A DNA stretch of 64,000 nucleotides from Octopus sinensis. Its lineage: Eukaryota. Made by a program: the position numbers and the translations under genes. The notes beneath the pieces were generated by a model. The model worked only from the letters and a program-made list of their open reading frames with translations, did not search any database and was not told the DNA's origin. The stretch spans positions 137,144,001-137,208,000 of the forward strand of contig NC_042998.1 in assembly GCF_006345805.1 (NCBI RefSeq), in the 5' to 3' direction. This document shows positions 27,850 to 42,088 of this stretch, in pieces. Position 1 is the stretch's first letter; each line of letters starts with the position of its first letter.

Positions 27850-29075
27850 AGCTTAATAATCATCAGGATGAATGATATTATCGCAAGATTCTCTTCATCT
27901 TCATCTTCGCTGTCCATATTTAGAGGTAGCACATCATCCATGTCATTCCATAGACCATTGTCTTGTACATCATCCAATGCGTTTGAAATTCCACATGTCT
28001 TGAATGATCTGATAATAGTTTCAACTTCTATTTCCTTCCATGAATCAACGATCTATTCACAGATCAGAAGTAGTGATGGAGCCCGCATACTACCTCCTTT
28101 CGTGTAAGTTTTTTCTCCATCGCTCATCTAGTTATTCCACTAGATTCCCATCATGTTCTTAAATGGCTCATTGATAATAACGTCTAATGGTTGCAAAACA
28201 CTTGTAAGTCCGTCGAGAATTACAACTATATCAGTATTTTGTGACTGGAGACTATCAACAATATTCTTCACTCGATGTTCCCTAAACTGATCCCACGCGA
28301 GCAAACTCTTTTCCTTTCGTGGTTCACCAGGTCGTAAATTCCAAACTTTCTTTATTCCTTTTCTACATCTACCTTCATCCATCAATCCATCCTTGAGGAT
28401 GCACATGGATGACAATTCCTTTTGGAAATTTCTCCTTCGGCACAGTTTTTCTCTTAAAAACAACCATCGGTTTTAATTTGGTACCAGCAGCCATACATGA
28501 AAGAACTACAGTAACCTCACTTTGTTCGTGGCCAGTGATTCTCATGAATACCGTTTTTCTCCTTTTTGATTCACAATTCGATTCTCTGGCATGTCAAGAG
28601 TAACAGGCGTTTCGTTAATGTTCCCAATACATGATAATGCATATCCCTCTTTCTGCTGATATCTTATTATAAACCAATGAAACTCTATTATCTTATCATA
28701 TAGATCATCAGGCAGCTTATGTGCGATCTTAGTTCTCTGCCAAAGTACTAAGTCATAACGTCTCATGAACCTAGTGTACCACCCAGCACTTGATTTAAAA
28801 TCTGAAATTCCATCCTTCTTTGATTCCATTGGTGCATGAATTCGGATGGCTTCACGAGTAACACACTTTCCATTTGGCGATTTTCAAATACCCACTCTGC
28901 AACTTTTTTCTCCAATTGTGGCCACTTGCTAGGTTTTCCTCTGTTAGCACATTTTCTTTTTGGCATTGTCTGAAGTTTGCTAGATATCTTTCTCCAGTCT
29001 CTCACAAATTTCTCTGTAACACAAAATTCTCTTGTTACATATTTATCTTCTCAGCGACTTCAATAACATTTAGTT
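27850..29075 (-). pseudogene. pogo/Tigger-like transposase relic (CENP-B HTH plus DDE_1)
   Basis: KWPQLEKKVAEWV, FKSSAGW..RFMRRY.L, IGN.NETPV..DMP, LLAWDQFREH, G.TS.LQPLDV.IN.PFK. Confidence 0.88.
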
Positions 29076-29747
29076 TAAATGCTAATGTATATTTGTTTTT
29101 CTTTTTCTGGGAAGGGGGCATTTTTTACGTAAAATGACGGAGAATTTTAAACCCTCAACAATACGACTATATTCCACGGGTGCTATACGGAAACTGAAAT
29201 CAGCTGAACTGCAAAGAGACATTATGACCCAACTCTGACCTGATTTTTTTAAATCCCGACTCTGGCCTGATATTTTAAAATTTTCATGCCAAATTCCTTC
29301 ATTGCTCTCTGTTTTCTCGCCTACCTTTTTAATGTTTAAATTGCCATAGCATTTTAACCTATTTTTCTCTGATAAAAGTTATCGATTTAACTCCCATACA
29401 ATTCCATAGATGGGAGGAATCGTCAAAAGCTGCACATGAAATCGATTCCTACATTAAAGCAAGGAGTACCGGTAAAAATTATGTTATGCCATGAAACAAG
29501 AGTTGTATTTAAAAATAGATCAGTATGAAACTTACAACAATAATATAATGTTAATGCATTTCCACGCTCACGATCAGTTGCCATTTCGTAGTATGCGATC
29601 GCCACACGATTATTATAAAATAAACAGTGTGTCGTGTTCTGTGTGTATATTGTTTCGCACAGAAATGAAAAATAAAATTTGCAGGATGTCATGTGCAGTT
29701 CCCAGTAAATGTCTCAGTAAATATGGTGTAGAGTTGTTAATCTGGAG

Positions 29748-29866
29748 CAGGGATTCCCAAAGTGTATTCTGCAAAACCCCATGGTTCCCTGAAAGTTATC
29801 AGGAGTTCCACGTTTTTAAATATAATATCAAATGATTCCGCAGTAAAAAAAAGTTTGGGAACCATA
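29748..29866. mobile_element. Short hAT/Charlie-like MITE
   Basis: Ends CAGGGATTCCCAAA ... TTTGGGAACCA form imperfect TIRs of hAT type. No clear TSD identified. Confidence 0.5.
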
Positions 29867-30492
29867 ACGATTAACTATGCTGTTCGCCGATAGTGTTGTC
29901 TGTGAAACACGTTTCTCGCCATATACGCTGACGAGCGTGTGACGCATGTGTTTATTTTATTTGGAAATATGAATAATATAAAGCTCGCATGGGAATCACT
30001 GATCTAGCGATTAATTGAATGCTTTTAGGCTTACCAAAGCCATGACTTTGTACGAATTCAGACAGTGGCGTTTGCCAGTGTTCGCCTGTAATGGTGTCTG
30101 TGAAACACGTTTCTCACCATGTAAAAAACGAGTGTATGTCACATGTGTTTATAGTGCTTGAAGATGTATGCAGGCTTGCAGCATTTCCTGTGCATACATT
30201 TTAGTAATGGTGATGTAGCACCCATCAACAGATGTGTAGTGTTCGCTATTAAATGGTGTTTTACTATAAGCACCAAGCATTCCACCTATAGAGCAGGCTA
30301 CAGTAAGGTAACTTCACTATTTTGTAACGCTGTTATTTCTACGTACAGAATAATATGGTACCTTGACCCACAAATGTTGTGCTGTTGTTCGTGACTTTCA
30401 CACGAGATCGACTATTACTCGAGTATATACGGTATATATGTATATGTATATGTATATGTATATATATATGTATATATATGTATATATATATA

Positions 30493-30554
<62 letters not shown>

Positions 30555-30644
30555 ATCCAAACAAGAAAGCACAAAAAAACGCAACAACGCGAGGACGTGG
30601 AACAAATATAGTATTATTGGACGCTCAGGAAAGAAGGAAAAAAG

Positions 30645-30728
<84 letters not shown>

Positions 30729-31561
30729 GGTTGTATGTATGTATGTATGTATGTATGTATGTATGTATGTATGTATGTATGTATGTGTGTATGTATGTAT
30801 GTATATGTCTAGTAAATGTAAGGATAAGCAACTTATGAGAAAGATTAATAGGGGAGTGGTATTTATTGAGGTAGTAGGTTGCTAGGCTGACCTTGTTTTA
30901 GTTAAATTTGGTAAATTTGGTAAATTTGAGTATCGATAGTTGTAATTATAGGACAACATAGATTTAATAAAATGCACGAATGATAAGCGGTACTTGTTTA
31001 CAAGACCACCCTGAGAATCTGTTAAGTAATGAGGGGTTGTAAAGGTGAAGAATAGTTAATGATTCTCTTAAACATTAATTTACACATACCGATGTTTGCA
31101 TTGTATGGTGGAGCTTCACTTACTTTGGAACAAGATGGCTATGTAGAATATTTTGTGATTTAAGGTATATATAAGTTACTAAGGAGTCTTTTAACACCTC
31201 AAATGTACGATCTCTTCCCTCAAGGCAGTAGCTCGTCTCATTTTACGATAAAATCAATCTACGAACATTATTTTGGACCACCGAGACCCCAGAAACAGCT
31301 GTTGAATTTGTAATACTTTTCTTCAATCCCTTTGGTTCTTTATATCATTTATATTCTGTGTAAGTCTAACCTTTTTGAATGTAAACATATATACACTTTT
31401 TATATTTCATGTATTTAATATACTTTACATATTGATCTCACTTTGCTTATCCCTACATTTACTTCTATACCGCTCAAGTTTAAATCTCTTGAGCACTACT
31501 AAGTGTATTGTGTACGGAGAATTTCTAATTCTCATCTATGAACAACATATCTATATATCTA

Positions 31562-31646
<85 letters not shown>

Positions 31647-31911
31647 ACAAATATTCTATAATTATAAATATTGCTTCACCACGTGCCGAATTTAGAAATA
31701 GGAGTTAAAATTCCTTTTCTACTACCATAAAGATCTCCCAGATAGTAACACATTTTTTTTTTACGTAGGCAACGTAAAAAAAGTGTCACTATCTGGGAGA
31801 TCTTTATGGTAGTAGAAAAGGAATTTAAACTCCTATTTCTAAATTCGGCACGTGGTGAAGCAATTAGCTGACCCCTAATTATAATTATGTTTATAATTAT
31901 AGAATATTTGT
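31647..31911. repeat. Long near-perfect palindrome (about 95-bp inner arms plus 22-bp outer arms)
   Basis: 31670-31765 is the reverse complement of 31770-31864 with few mismatches; ACAAATATTCTATAATTATAAA is mirrored at 31890-31911. Confidence 0.9.
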
Positions 31912-32018
31912 ATAATTTTACCTAAAAAGGTTATTTTAACGTACCGATCTACTTGGTAAAATTATTAATTATTAATTAATTGATTAATAAAATGAATTCA
32001 TTTTACCCTTTTATTATT

Positions 32019-32108
<90 letters not shown>

Positions 32109-35100
32109 CATATATATATGTTTATTTATTTATTAGATGTTTCTTGCCGGCAAGTGATTTGATCTGAGACTGTGTATTGAAACGAGAACAATTACTGCGT
32201 GGAAGAAACATATTAGCCATTCAAAAACACATAAAGTGCGTCACCTTTACTTAAACATTCACTATTTACTGACAAAAGTTTTCTCGCACCAAATGCGACC
32301 TGGTCACTAACACGGTTCCATTGCATCCTATTGTAGGCGAGATTGTAGGTCGACACATATAGGTTTCAGGGTTATGAATTTAATTCTATCTATATAGGTC
32401 AGTTGTTCTGGATGGGTGTTCATAGTTAGTCACTCGGTATTTGGTTGTATGAGCATCAACTATGAACGACTGACCTATACAGATGAAAGAAAATTTATTC
32501 ATAAATCTGAAACCTGTATATGCAGACCAACGGCCTCGCCTCAAGCCAATTGCAATTGAACCACGTTAGTGACCAGATTGCTACCGGTGCGATGAAGATA
32601 TTGACATCAAATAATAAATGCCCGAGTGAAGTTAACAATCTTTGTGTTTTGGGGGTGGCTTTTTTTCTCCATCGAGGGTTTATATGCCCCAATATTAAGC
32701 TATTTTCTTTAGCCAATTTACGGTGATCGCTTATAAGCTTCAAGCTTATGATTATTATTTACAGGATTGTCACTCGTCACCTTTCTCTGTTTAATGCGCG
32801 CGCGTTTCGTGTATGTGTGTGTAATACTCCACTGTGTATTACATATATATGCATATATGTAATACTTTTAACTGCAGATCTTTGAGTTACATGTTTATTT
32901 TATACTTAGACAGCAATATCTCTTAGACTACGTTTATATGACATAAGATTGCGAGTTTCATGTCATTCTAAGGATATTAATAGCAAAAATGAAGTGAAGA
33001 AATTCTAGTTAGTAACTGAAAGCTGCTTGCAAATTCCGCTACTGAAAGCTTATATATTTGTCTTTAAAGTTGCTTGTTTGTCACCGTATTATATCGTATC
33101 TTTTGACTTAATTTATATCTCTTCTAACTTGAGAAGACCTTCAACAGCATATTGATATCGGCTTTACTTTTCTGGTATATACTTTTTATCGTATGTATTC
33201 GTGATATGAGGTTGGTCTGTTTCTGACAAGCTCTATGCATGGTTCTCACAGCCTGGATATTGTTGCAAGGTTCCCCGTTAGTAGGTGAGTGGTATAATTG
33301 ATCGCATCAATCTAGAACACGATTAGAGCTTACCTTAAGGACCATAGTGAAATGAAAGCAAAGAGGACTTCACAGGTTTCGGATTATATGTGTAACGGCT
33401 AATGTTATGCCTTGGGTTGGTATGTTGTAGCCGTCTACCAAATGTAGCATGTATACGTAACGCTTCAAGGTTCTCGCGTCGGAGTACCAGTAAACATCGA
33501 AGAATCAACACCAAGAAGGAAGAAATATTATTTACATATGTTTATTCGTTTGCCGATAGGTACTTAAAGAGACAATAACAATTCTAGTGATAGTGACAAA
33601 GTTGGCTTACTGGTTAGTAGTTGATAGTATAGAAAAGGTTGTATGTCAGTAGAGAGTGAAAGAGTAAGGAATGCACGGCCCTGACTAGAAAAGATAAAGG
33701 TGGCATCGCCTTTCTCGCGACCAAGGAAAATGCTACTCTTGTTCATAGCTTACGCAAAAGAGTGTGTTGCTCCTTGGTCTGACTGACGCAAAAGAGGAAG
33801 AGATCGGAAATTCTCTGTTATATAGACCATGGTCAGTAATGTAGGTCAAACCCTAAACAAAGGACTGACCTTTCCTTGACCAGCACAGGTCCTAAGGGGT
33901 CGAGCGTTTCCTCATCAATCATCTGGTGTGGAGAGGATTTCCCTTTCGTTTTGACAAGCAACAAGCGGGTACATTTGGTTTCAAATCTCAGGCAGGGTCA
34001 AGCTAGATCTCTACATATGTAATCAGTTTGAAGTTCTGCCATAACTGTCATTCCATCGTCTAATATGCATAATTTATAATATAAATTCCCAACATAAAAG
34101 TACAAAGCCTATCATTTTAGCTATGGGGAGAATTGATAAGATCCATCTGAATTTGGTATTTTATTTCATCTGCCCCAAAATGATACAATGCAGCGTTCAC
34201 CTCGGCAGGATCGTAAGAGGACGCAAGTTAATATCGTGAAGCATATTGTTCGATACATTACTGTTTCTGCCTTTATAATATTGATATGAACATTTGTGTT
34301 TTCGAGCTCAAATACTGCTGAAATTGACTTTGATTTCACCTTTCAGGGATTAAGGAAATACATACAAGGCAAGTACCAATCGACTCTAAATATCTGGCCT
34401 TGAACTCATGCGGGAAATCGATGCTTGTTTATATCATGCTAATGTGTGTTCAGATAAGAGAATTCGAACCAACGGAAGGATTCCAACATGTTCGCTCTAC
34501 CTGTTAGAAATAGCAATCAAATCAACTCCTGAACATACCCTGCTTTTATGAAATAATACAAATTAGACAACGTAGACTAATTGTACATTATTGCTGAAAA
34601 TAAAAACCTGGCTAGGCTTTCTTTTCAGCAATAACATTGCCATACAATTTGATTATTTAATATGAGTATTGTAATTTGTTTAATTTAAAGTGTATTGGAT
34701 TTGATTATCGGTTTACTCGACCAGAGCAGAATATTTCTGCTTTAAATAACAATATCAACAATACAAATATTTTAAAGGTTTTGAATATCCTTACTATTCC
34801 TTCAGATTCAATGACTCTACATATTTATATATCAATACTTTCACATTGTATTGCCAAACCCAAATATTTTCAGGTTATTGTGAAAACATCTTATAACGGA
34901 TATTAGTCACTGATGACTACAGGCATGAATGAAAAGTATATCCGGTGCACATACATACATACATACATACATACATACATACATACATACATACATTTGC
35001 TGCCACATATGCTAAATCATGCACATACGAATGTATGTATGAATTCACTTATACATGTGAAAAAGCAGTCATGTATGTGACTTACTGAAATATACATCCA

Positions 35101-36738
35101 CCATGCCTGTATGCAATTGTATTAAGCGTTTGTTTCCACATACATGTGTATATTCTTAGAGAACCGAAAGTAAGCTGAAGTGTGACGTTTGAGTGGTTTT
35201 AGTAATGTGTAATTCAGTGTGTAAGAGCTTTAGTGTCTATGTAGACCTGGTAGTACGGTGTGCAGCGACCGAGAAAGAGGTTATAACTAAAAGACTTAGT
35301 CAATACCGAGATACGTACACAACAAAGCGCGACTGACACTCTGAAATAATTTATTCAAGTCTGTGTCCTATTTCTCACGAAATAACAGATCTGGTTCTCT
35401 GGTGTGCAAACATATTTACAGCGCAACATTATGTAGGCAAATAGCAAACATTGTTTTCTTGATTACAACGTCGGTAGCCTATAAACTGTGGCCAACTGTG
35501 AACAATGTAAACTGAGCACAGTGGCTGCCTCCAGCAACAGTCCCGGATTAACCCAGTAGTAAAAGTAATATATACTAACTACATGACTCGCACTTTTAGC
35601 GGCTTCATGCTAAATACTTTATTACTATAGTAGTATATTTTCTTTGACTGTATGAACGACTGAGATTTGACAGAGTTTAACCGGCGAGCTGGCACAATTG
35701 TTAACACTCTGTGCAAAATGCTTAGCGGCATTTCGTCTGTCTTTACGTTCTGAGTATAAATTCTGCCAAAGTCGACTTTGCTTTTCATCCATCGATGAAA
35801 TAAGTACCATTTTAGACTTGAGGTCAATGTAATCCACATACGCCACTCACCCGAAATTGCTTACCTTGTGCCAAAATCTGAAATCAATATTAAATAGGCT
35901 GGCATTTGTTTTTGGTCCTGCGTGCTATAGGATTGTTAGATCATGGGTGACTGGGTCTAGCCGACTAGAACGACAACACTCAAAATGTTTGTGAGTTTAA
36001 TCTTTCATTAAAAACTTAGGGACATTAATAATTTATTCCCAACTGTGACTCACTCAACTTTACAGAAAATTGGCTAAACACTGTATTTAACGAAAGCGAA
36101 AAAATATCTAAATATGCTAATATACGTACATACATACATACATACATACATACATACATACATACATACATACATACATACATACATGCATGCATGCATG
36201 CATGCATAGATGCATACATACATACATACATACATACATACATACATACATACATACATACATACATACATACATACATACATACATACATACTTATATT
36301 TATATGCTTTATATATATAAACTTACCGTGAAATGGTCACGGTCAGCTTTGGCACAAGGCCACCAAGTTCAGGAGATGGGATAAATCGATCACATTGATC
36401 CTATTGCACAACTGGTACTTATTTTATTGACACCGAAAGTACAAAAAGCAAAGCCGACCTCGGCGGAATTTAAATTCAGAACGTAAAGACGGACGAAATG
36501 CTGCTAAGCGTTTCGCCCGGCATGCTAAAGATTCTGCTAGTTCGCCGCCAGTACAGACCGTAGTATCAACTAATAAATGAATGACAAAAGAACAAGTATT
36601 ACATAACCACGGAAGAACGGGAGTTGTTAATAATCTTCATTATTTTACATCTGCTTCTCTGGGCGCACGGTGCTTATTGTGGAAACGAGTGTATGATAAT
36701 GAAAGTGCCTATGTAGCTCTTGACTGTTTTTGTCATTC

Positions 36739-36781
<43 letters not shown>

Positions 36782-37352
36782 CACACACACACACATACAC
36801 ACACACACATACACACACACACACACATCCGCACACGCATGTATATCGCCAGGTGTGCTATTTCATGCCATTGATAGCATGTAACTCAGTACAAACTGTT
36901 GCATGGTTGGGTCGTCGGTGATTAAACTGGATGGTAAAAACCAGATGAGTGGGGCAAGTTTTCAACATCCTGCAGGATGACTAACAGCACCTGTCAAAAT
37001 CAGATGAACTCAGGAGAGACAGCGGCCATCAAGTTACGGGATGTGCGTGTGTGTGTGTAATGGTGCACTTCAGTCAGTGTTATTGACTGTGCTTTAGTTG
37101 AAGCTACGGCTTTAGGTAAGTTTGTCCAGAGTTGTTACTCTTAAGTGTTTCCCGCTGATTTTAGCTAGAGCTAGAAACGCGTCTGGGAATCTGGCAGGGA
37201 TCAGCACTGGACAGATATGGTGTTTTTACACCCTTTCACCACAAAAGAGAAATTTTTCTATACGGTAAATGCAGTAAACATGCCTTTAGAAGTTGAAATG
37301 TGTAACCTAAAGTTCTCTTCTGCCTAAGCATTGCTTGGCGCTGGTATTGCTG

Positions 37353-37576
<224 letters not shown>

Positions 37577-37620
37577 AAACAAGTAAAAAATAGAAAATGC
37601 TAAAATAATTTTATAGTGAA

Positions 37621-37668
37621 CATTTCAGTACCGGTTTCGGTCATTTTGAGACCTTTTCAACTGTAACG
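37621..37668 (-). ncRNA. Minimal type-I hammerhead ribozyme (U3-A8 core variant), sense to the Penelope ORF
   Basis: CGUUACAG | UUGAAAA | GGUC-ucaaaau-GACC | GAAA | CCGG U A | CUGAAAUG. Stem I has 7 of 8 pairs, stem II 4 bp, and stem III is the palindrome ACCGGU with a GUA cleavage triplet. Confidence 0.72.
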
Positions 37669-39170
37669 ATTAAATAATTAAATTTAGAAAAATTAGAAGA
37701 AAAGTTTTCTTAAAAGAATATTTCTATAGTAGTGTTCAGATTTAAGTGGCATTCTGCCTTTCTCTGACTCCCTTGTTTGCACTTGTGTGTTCGAGGTAGT
37801 TGTGAGTTCTTGGTAGGGTAGTAGAGGGAAGGCTGGTGAGGAAAGGGGGGTGGGAGAATCTGGGAGTGCCCTGATGGTCGTATTTTGAATGGTCAGTGGC
37901 GGCTGGCAGTCTCAGTTCAATTCAGGAGAATATTTATATTGACAGGCTTGTTTATAGAATTAGCGTAGTGACAAACTTAAGGGGTAGGGGGTGGAGAGAA
38001 GAAGAAGAAGAAGAAGAAGAAGAAGAAGAAGAAGAAGAAGGAGAAGGAGAAGGAGAAGATGATGGTGATGGTGGTGATGATTATGACGACGATGATGATG
38101 ATAACGATGATGATGAAGAAGAAGAAGGAGGAGAAGGAGAAGATGGTGGTGATGATGGTGGCGATGATGATGACGCCGATGATGATGATAACGATGATGA
38201 TGAAGAAGAAGAAGAAGAAAAAAACAGAGAAGGGAGAATATGAATGGGTGTAAATATAGCTATGAAGGGGCTGATTAGTAATGGATTCTATGGAGTGTAG
38301 TATTTGTGTGTGTATATATATTTTTTTCTTTTATTCTAAAGTTGAGGTATATTAATTGTTTGTCGTAGACCCGTTAAGAAGTGGCTTGTATTTTGTAATA
38401 AAGAGATTTTCTTTACTTATTCTTTGTCTCGAGGTTGTATCGTCCCTAAATTGGTAGAGGGGGAAAATTCTGAAGTTTGGTGTTTTTTGTTGGCGCAAGT
38501 ATCTATGTGTTGGCTAAAAGCTATTTTTCTGTTTTGGGGAATTTTTATCTGGGATCTGTGCAGGGCCATTCGTTTACGCAAACCATTTTTTGTTTGGCCT
38601 ATGTACTGCTCTTGACACCCGGAGCAGGTTAGTGAGTATATTAGGTTCTCCGAAGCACATGTGAAGTTGCTTTTCACTGTAAACCGTTGTCCCTGTTTGA
38701 AGGAGAACTCAGAACCCTCGATTAGATAGTCGCATATCCCGCAATTGGGTCTTCCACATTTTTTTACTGTCGGCTTCTGTGTTGAAGAGTGAATTCGGGC
38801 TTGTGTAAGGAGACTTTTCATGGATCTAGGCTGTCTTTTGCTTTTTATGATCGTGTGTGTTTGGAGGATTGTGTTCATTCTGTGGTCTTTTTTTAGGAGG
38901 GGTATGTTGTGGAGGATGGTGTCGAAGGCTTCGTTATTGAGAGGGTTGTGTGTGGAGATGTATGGTAAGGCTTTTGGTTGTAAGTTTTTCTTTGATTTGG
39001 GATGTCTCAGTTCCTTGATGTTAAGTTGAAGGGCACGTTGAATGCACTTGTCAATAAGTGAAGGTGGATAGTTCCTGGTGATTATGGTATCTTTTAGTTC
39101 TTGTAGCTACTATAGAAATATTCTTTTAAGAAAACTTTTCTTCTAATTTTTCTAAATTTAATTATTTAAT

Positions 39171-39218
39171 CGTTACAGTTGAAAAGGTCTCAAAATGACC
39201 GAAACCGGTACTGAAATG
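39171..39218 (+). ncRNA. Second identical hammerhead ribozyme in the inverted repeat
   Basis: Same sequence as 37621-37668 on the opposite strand; predicted cleavage after A39210. Confidence 0.72.
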
Positions 39219-39300
39219 TTCACTATAAAATTATTTTAGCATTTTCTATTTTTTACTTGTTTTTTCATATATATCAACTCGTGTGTTCCTTTTCACCCTT

Positions 39301-39353
<53 letters not shown>

Positions 39354-39555
39354 CATATTGTTATGTTTCGGGATGGTCATTTTTTTCTCTTTTTTTTGCC
39401 TAATAAACACACGCATTATATATTCGCCCTCCATTCGCTTATTACTGTTCTTATTTTATCTTATATCCATTGTCCGGAAATCTTTCGTCACACATCTATA
39501 ACCGCTTCAGCGACTCTTTCCATCCAAGTACGCTCGTCTGTGTGTATATGTATAA

Positions 39556-39590
<35 letters not shown>

Positions 39591-39970
39591 TATATATATA
39601 TTTGCCAACTAAGTGTGGCATCCTATACAGGACACAGCTACTGATGTTTAATAGCTCCAGGAAGACATCTCCTCCAGCTGGCTAACGCCATACATTCTGT
39701 GTCCGATTAGTATTTGCGAGGGGAGGTCATCGCTCCCATCTCTAGCCTTACGTGATACACACGGACTCGAGTTTCTGAATGGTTACCCGTCCTCCCCGTG
39801 TGTTAATCACCAGCTAGTGATGGAAACTCATTCCACTCGCTAATTACTATATATTTTTCTAGCGACTCACTGTCGCCGATCGCGTAGAAGAGAAAGAATG
39901 TTACATTAAATCTCTGGAAGAAATATAAACAGTAGCTGAACGGAACATATATTTGCCTAAGTGTGGTGTC

Positions 39971-40481
39971 GGATCTTTTCGGTTTGAACGGCAGTTTTTT
40001 CTAGCGGTGTCATATGAAATTATCACCCATAATTATGATCTTAGTATTGATCTATTGCATTTCAATCTGTTTTAGGGTTAGGGTTAGTTAGAGTTAGTTA
40101 GGATTAGGGTTAGGGGTGGGGAAGGGTATCTTTTTTTTCTTCACAAATGTAAATACACTCAATCTGTTTCTTAAACGAGGGACATATTCATATGGCACAG
40201 AATGTTTTTTACCTCAATGGATGTCATTGATTGGTTGAAATTGCAGAAATTGAAGAAAAAACAACAAATATCTTACACACTTTCAAAAGGCGGTGCTCCA
40301 GCATGGCCACAGTCAAATGACTGAAACAAGTAAAAGAGTAAAAGAGTATACTATAGAATTTTCTCAATAAAGCCAAGAGAAAAAGATGTTTTATAAACAC
40401 ATTCTACCAGTATACGAAGTTTAAAATTTTTTAGTTACCTAGAAATTATGTTAATAACTGCCGTTCAAACCGAAAAGATCC
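39971..40481. mobile_element. TTAGGG-containing MITE, copy 3, carrying a nested SINE-2 3' end (about 40278-40350)
   Basis: TIRs; TSD GTGGTGTC/GTAGTGTC; insert AAGGCGGTGCTCCAGCATGGCCACAGTCAAATGACTGAAACAAGTAAAAGAG is absent from the other copies. Confidence 0.88.
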
Positions 40482-41627
40482 GTAGTGTCTTATATAGGAC
40501 AGTGCTCCTGATGTTTATAGCCCCAAGAAGACATCTCCTCCAGCTGACTAACGACATACATTCTAAAATGTGACTCCTCGAGCCCAAAACATGACTCCTC
40601 CTCCTCCTCGCTGACGGCGCAAACGCATGTGAGCGGGTTTGTCATAAAACACCCATCCCTTAACCCAACGATCAGTTCCGTCTAGCGTGGTTCGGCACTT
40701 GTCAGTGAACAAAATATGCTTGACATCGGTCTTCATATACATTCTACCCTATTCTAGCCGAGCTTTTTTATGCTTGGGAGTCAACGGGCTTGCACGCAGG
40801 TTTCTTCTCTTTCGTAAGGCTACCAATTACTTTATTTCTGGTTGTTTTGGAGACATTTTCAATGCTAGCGTCTGCAAATAAAGCTTTACTAGTACATCCG
40901 AAATCTTTAAATAAGCATCGCTTGAGATGGGAAATGTCTCGCGCTGTGTTTCTGGAAATGCAGGCGAGTACGTCAGTCATAACTCTATGCGACATCCAGT
41001 CTATCAGAATGTATATGAAAAGAAAATTTGCACTAGTATTCTATTAATTTCAAAAACGTTACTTACGAACTATACATCTGAGGAAATGCACCGCTAAGGT
41101 TGGTGCATTCATTTTAAAGTATAATAATAAAGAAACGAAAGAATGAAGCCGAGGAATGAATGGAATTGTTATATCAGCATACTGGGTTGTATAAATATAA
41201 AAAATTATGTAACTCAATATATTATATACATACATGTACGCAGGCATGTGAGTACATAATATCATTTGATAAATGACAAGACAAAAGTAAAGAATATATA
41301 AAACGTTGTTTGAAGGACAGTCTATTTAGACAGGCACTCAAACGCATGCGCACGCAACCCACCCCCACATATTTATTTATATATATATATACATGTTTAT
41401 GTATAACAAAATAGGAAAATGAATTATTTTTTTTTTGCTATTATTCATTTTCTATTACACGTGTTTCATTTGCTAATAGGAATTAGAAAGATTTACATGT
41501 TATATGTACATGTAAGGATATTTCTATTAGAAATTTTTCAGACAGAATTTTTTTTGTTTGATACCTATATGGTATATATTTATATATGTATATCTGTTCA
41601 ATTATATTTATATATGTATATATATAC

Positions 41628-42088
<461 letters not shown>

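Noticed and set aside
33150-34000. Possible Ty3/gypsy integrase or RNase H relic on the minus strand (YHSPTNG)
   Set aside because: One weak motif among many stops; no LTR or primer-binding site identified.
37896-38243. Acidic E/D/G-rich ORF
   Set aside because: Trinucleotide microsatellite with an internal duplication inside the Penelope 3' region; no domain or splice support.
40768-40995. 75-aa ORF with faint resemblance to a LINE RT C-terminus
   Set aside because: No diagnostic motif could be confirmed by eye.
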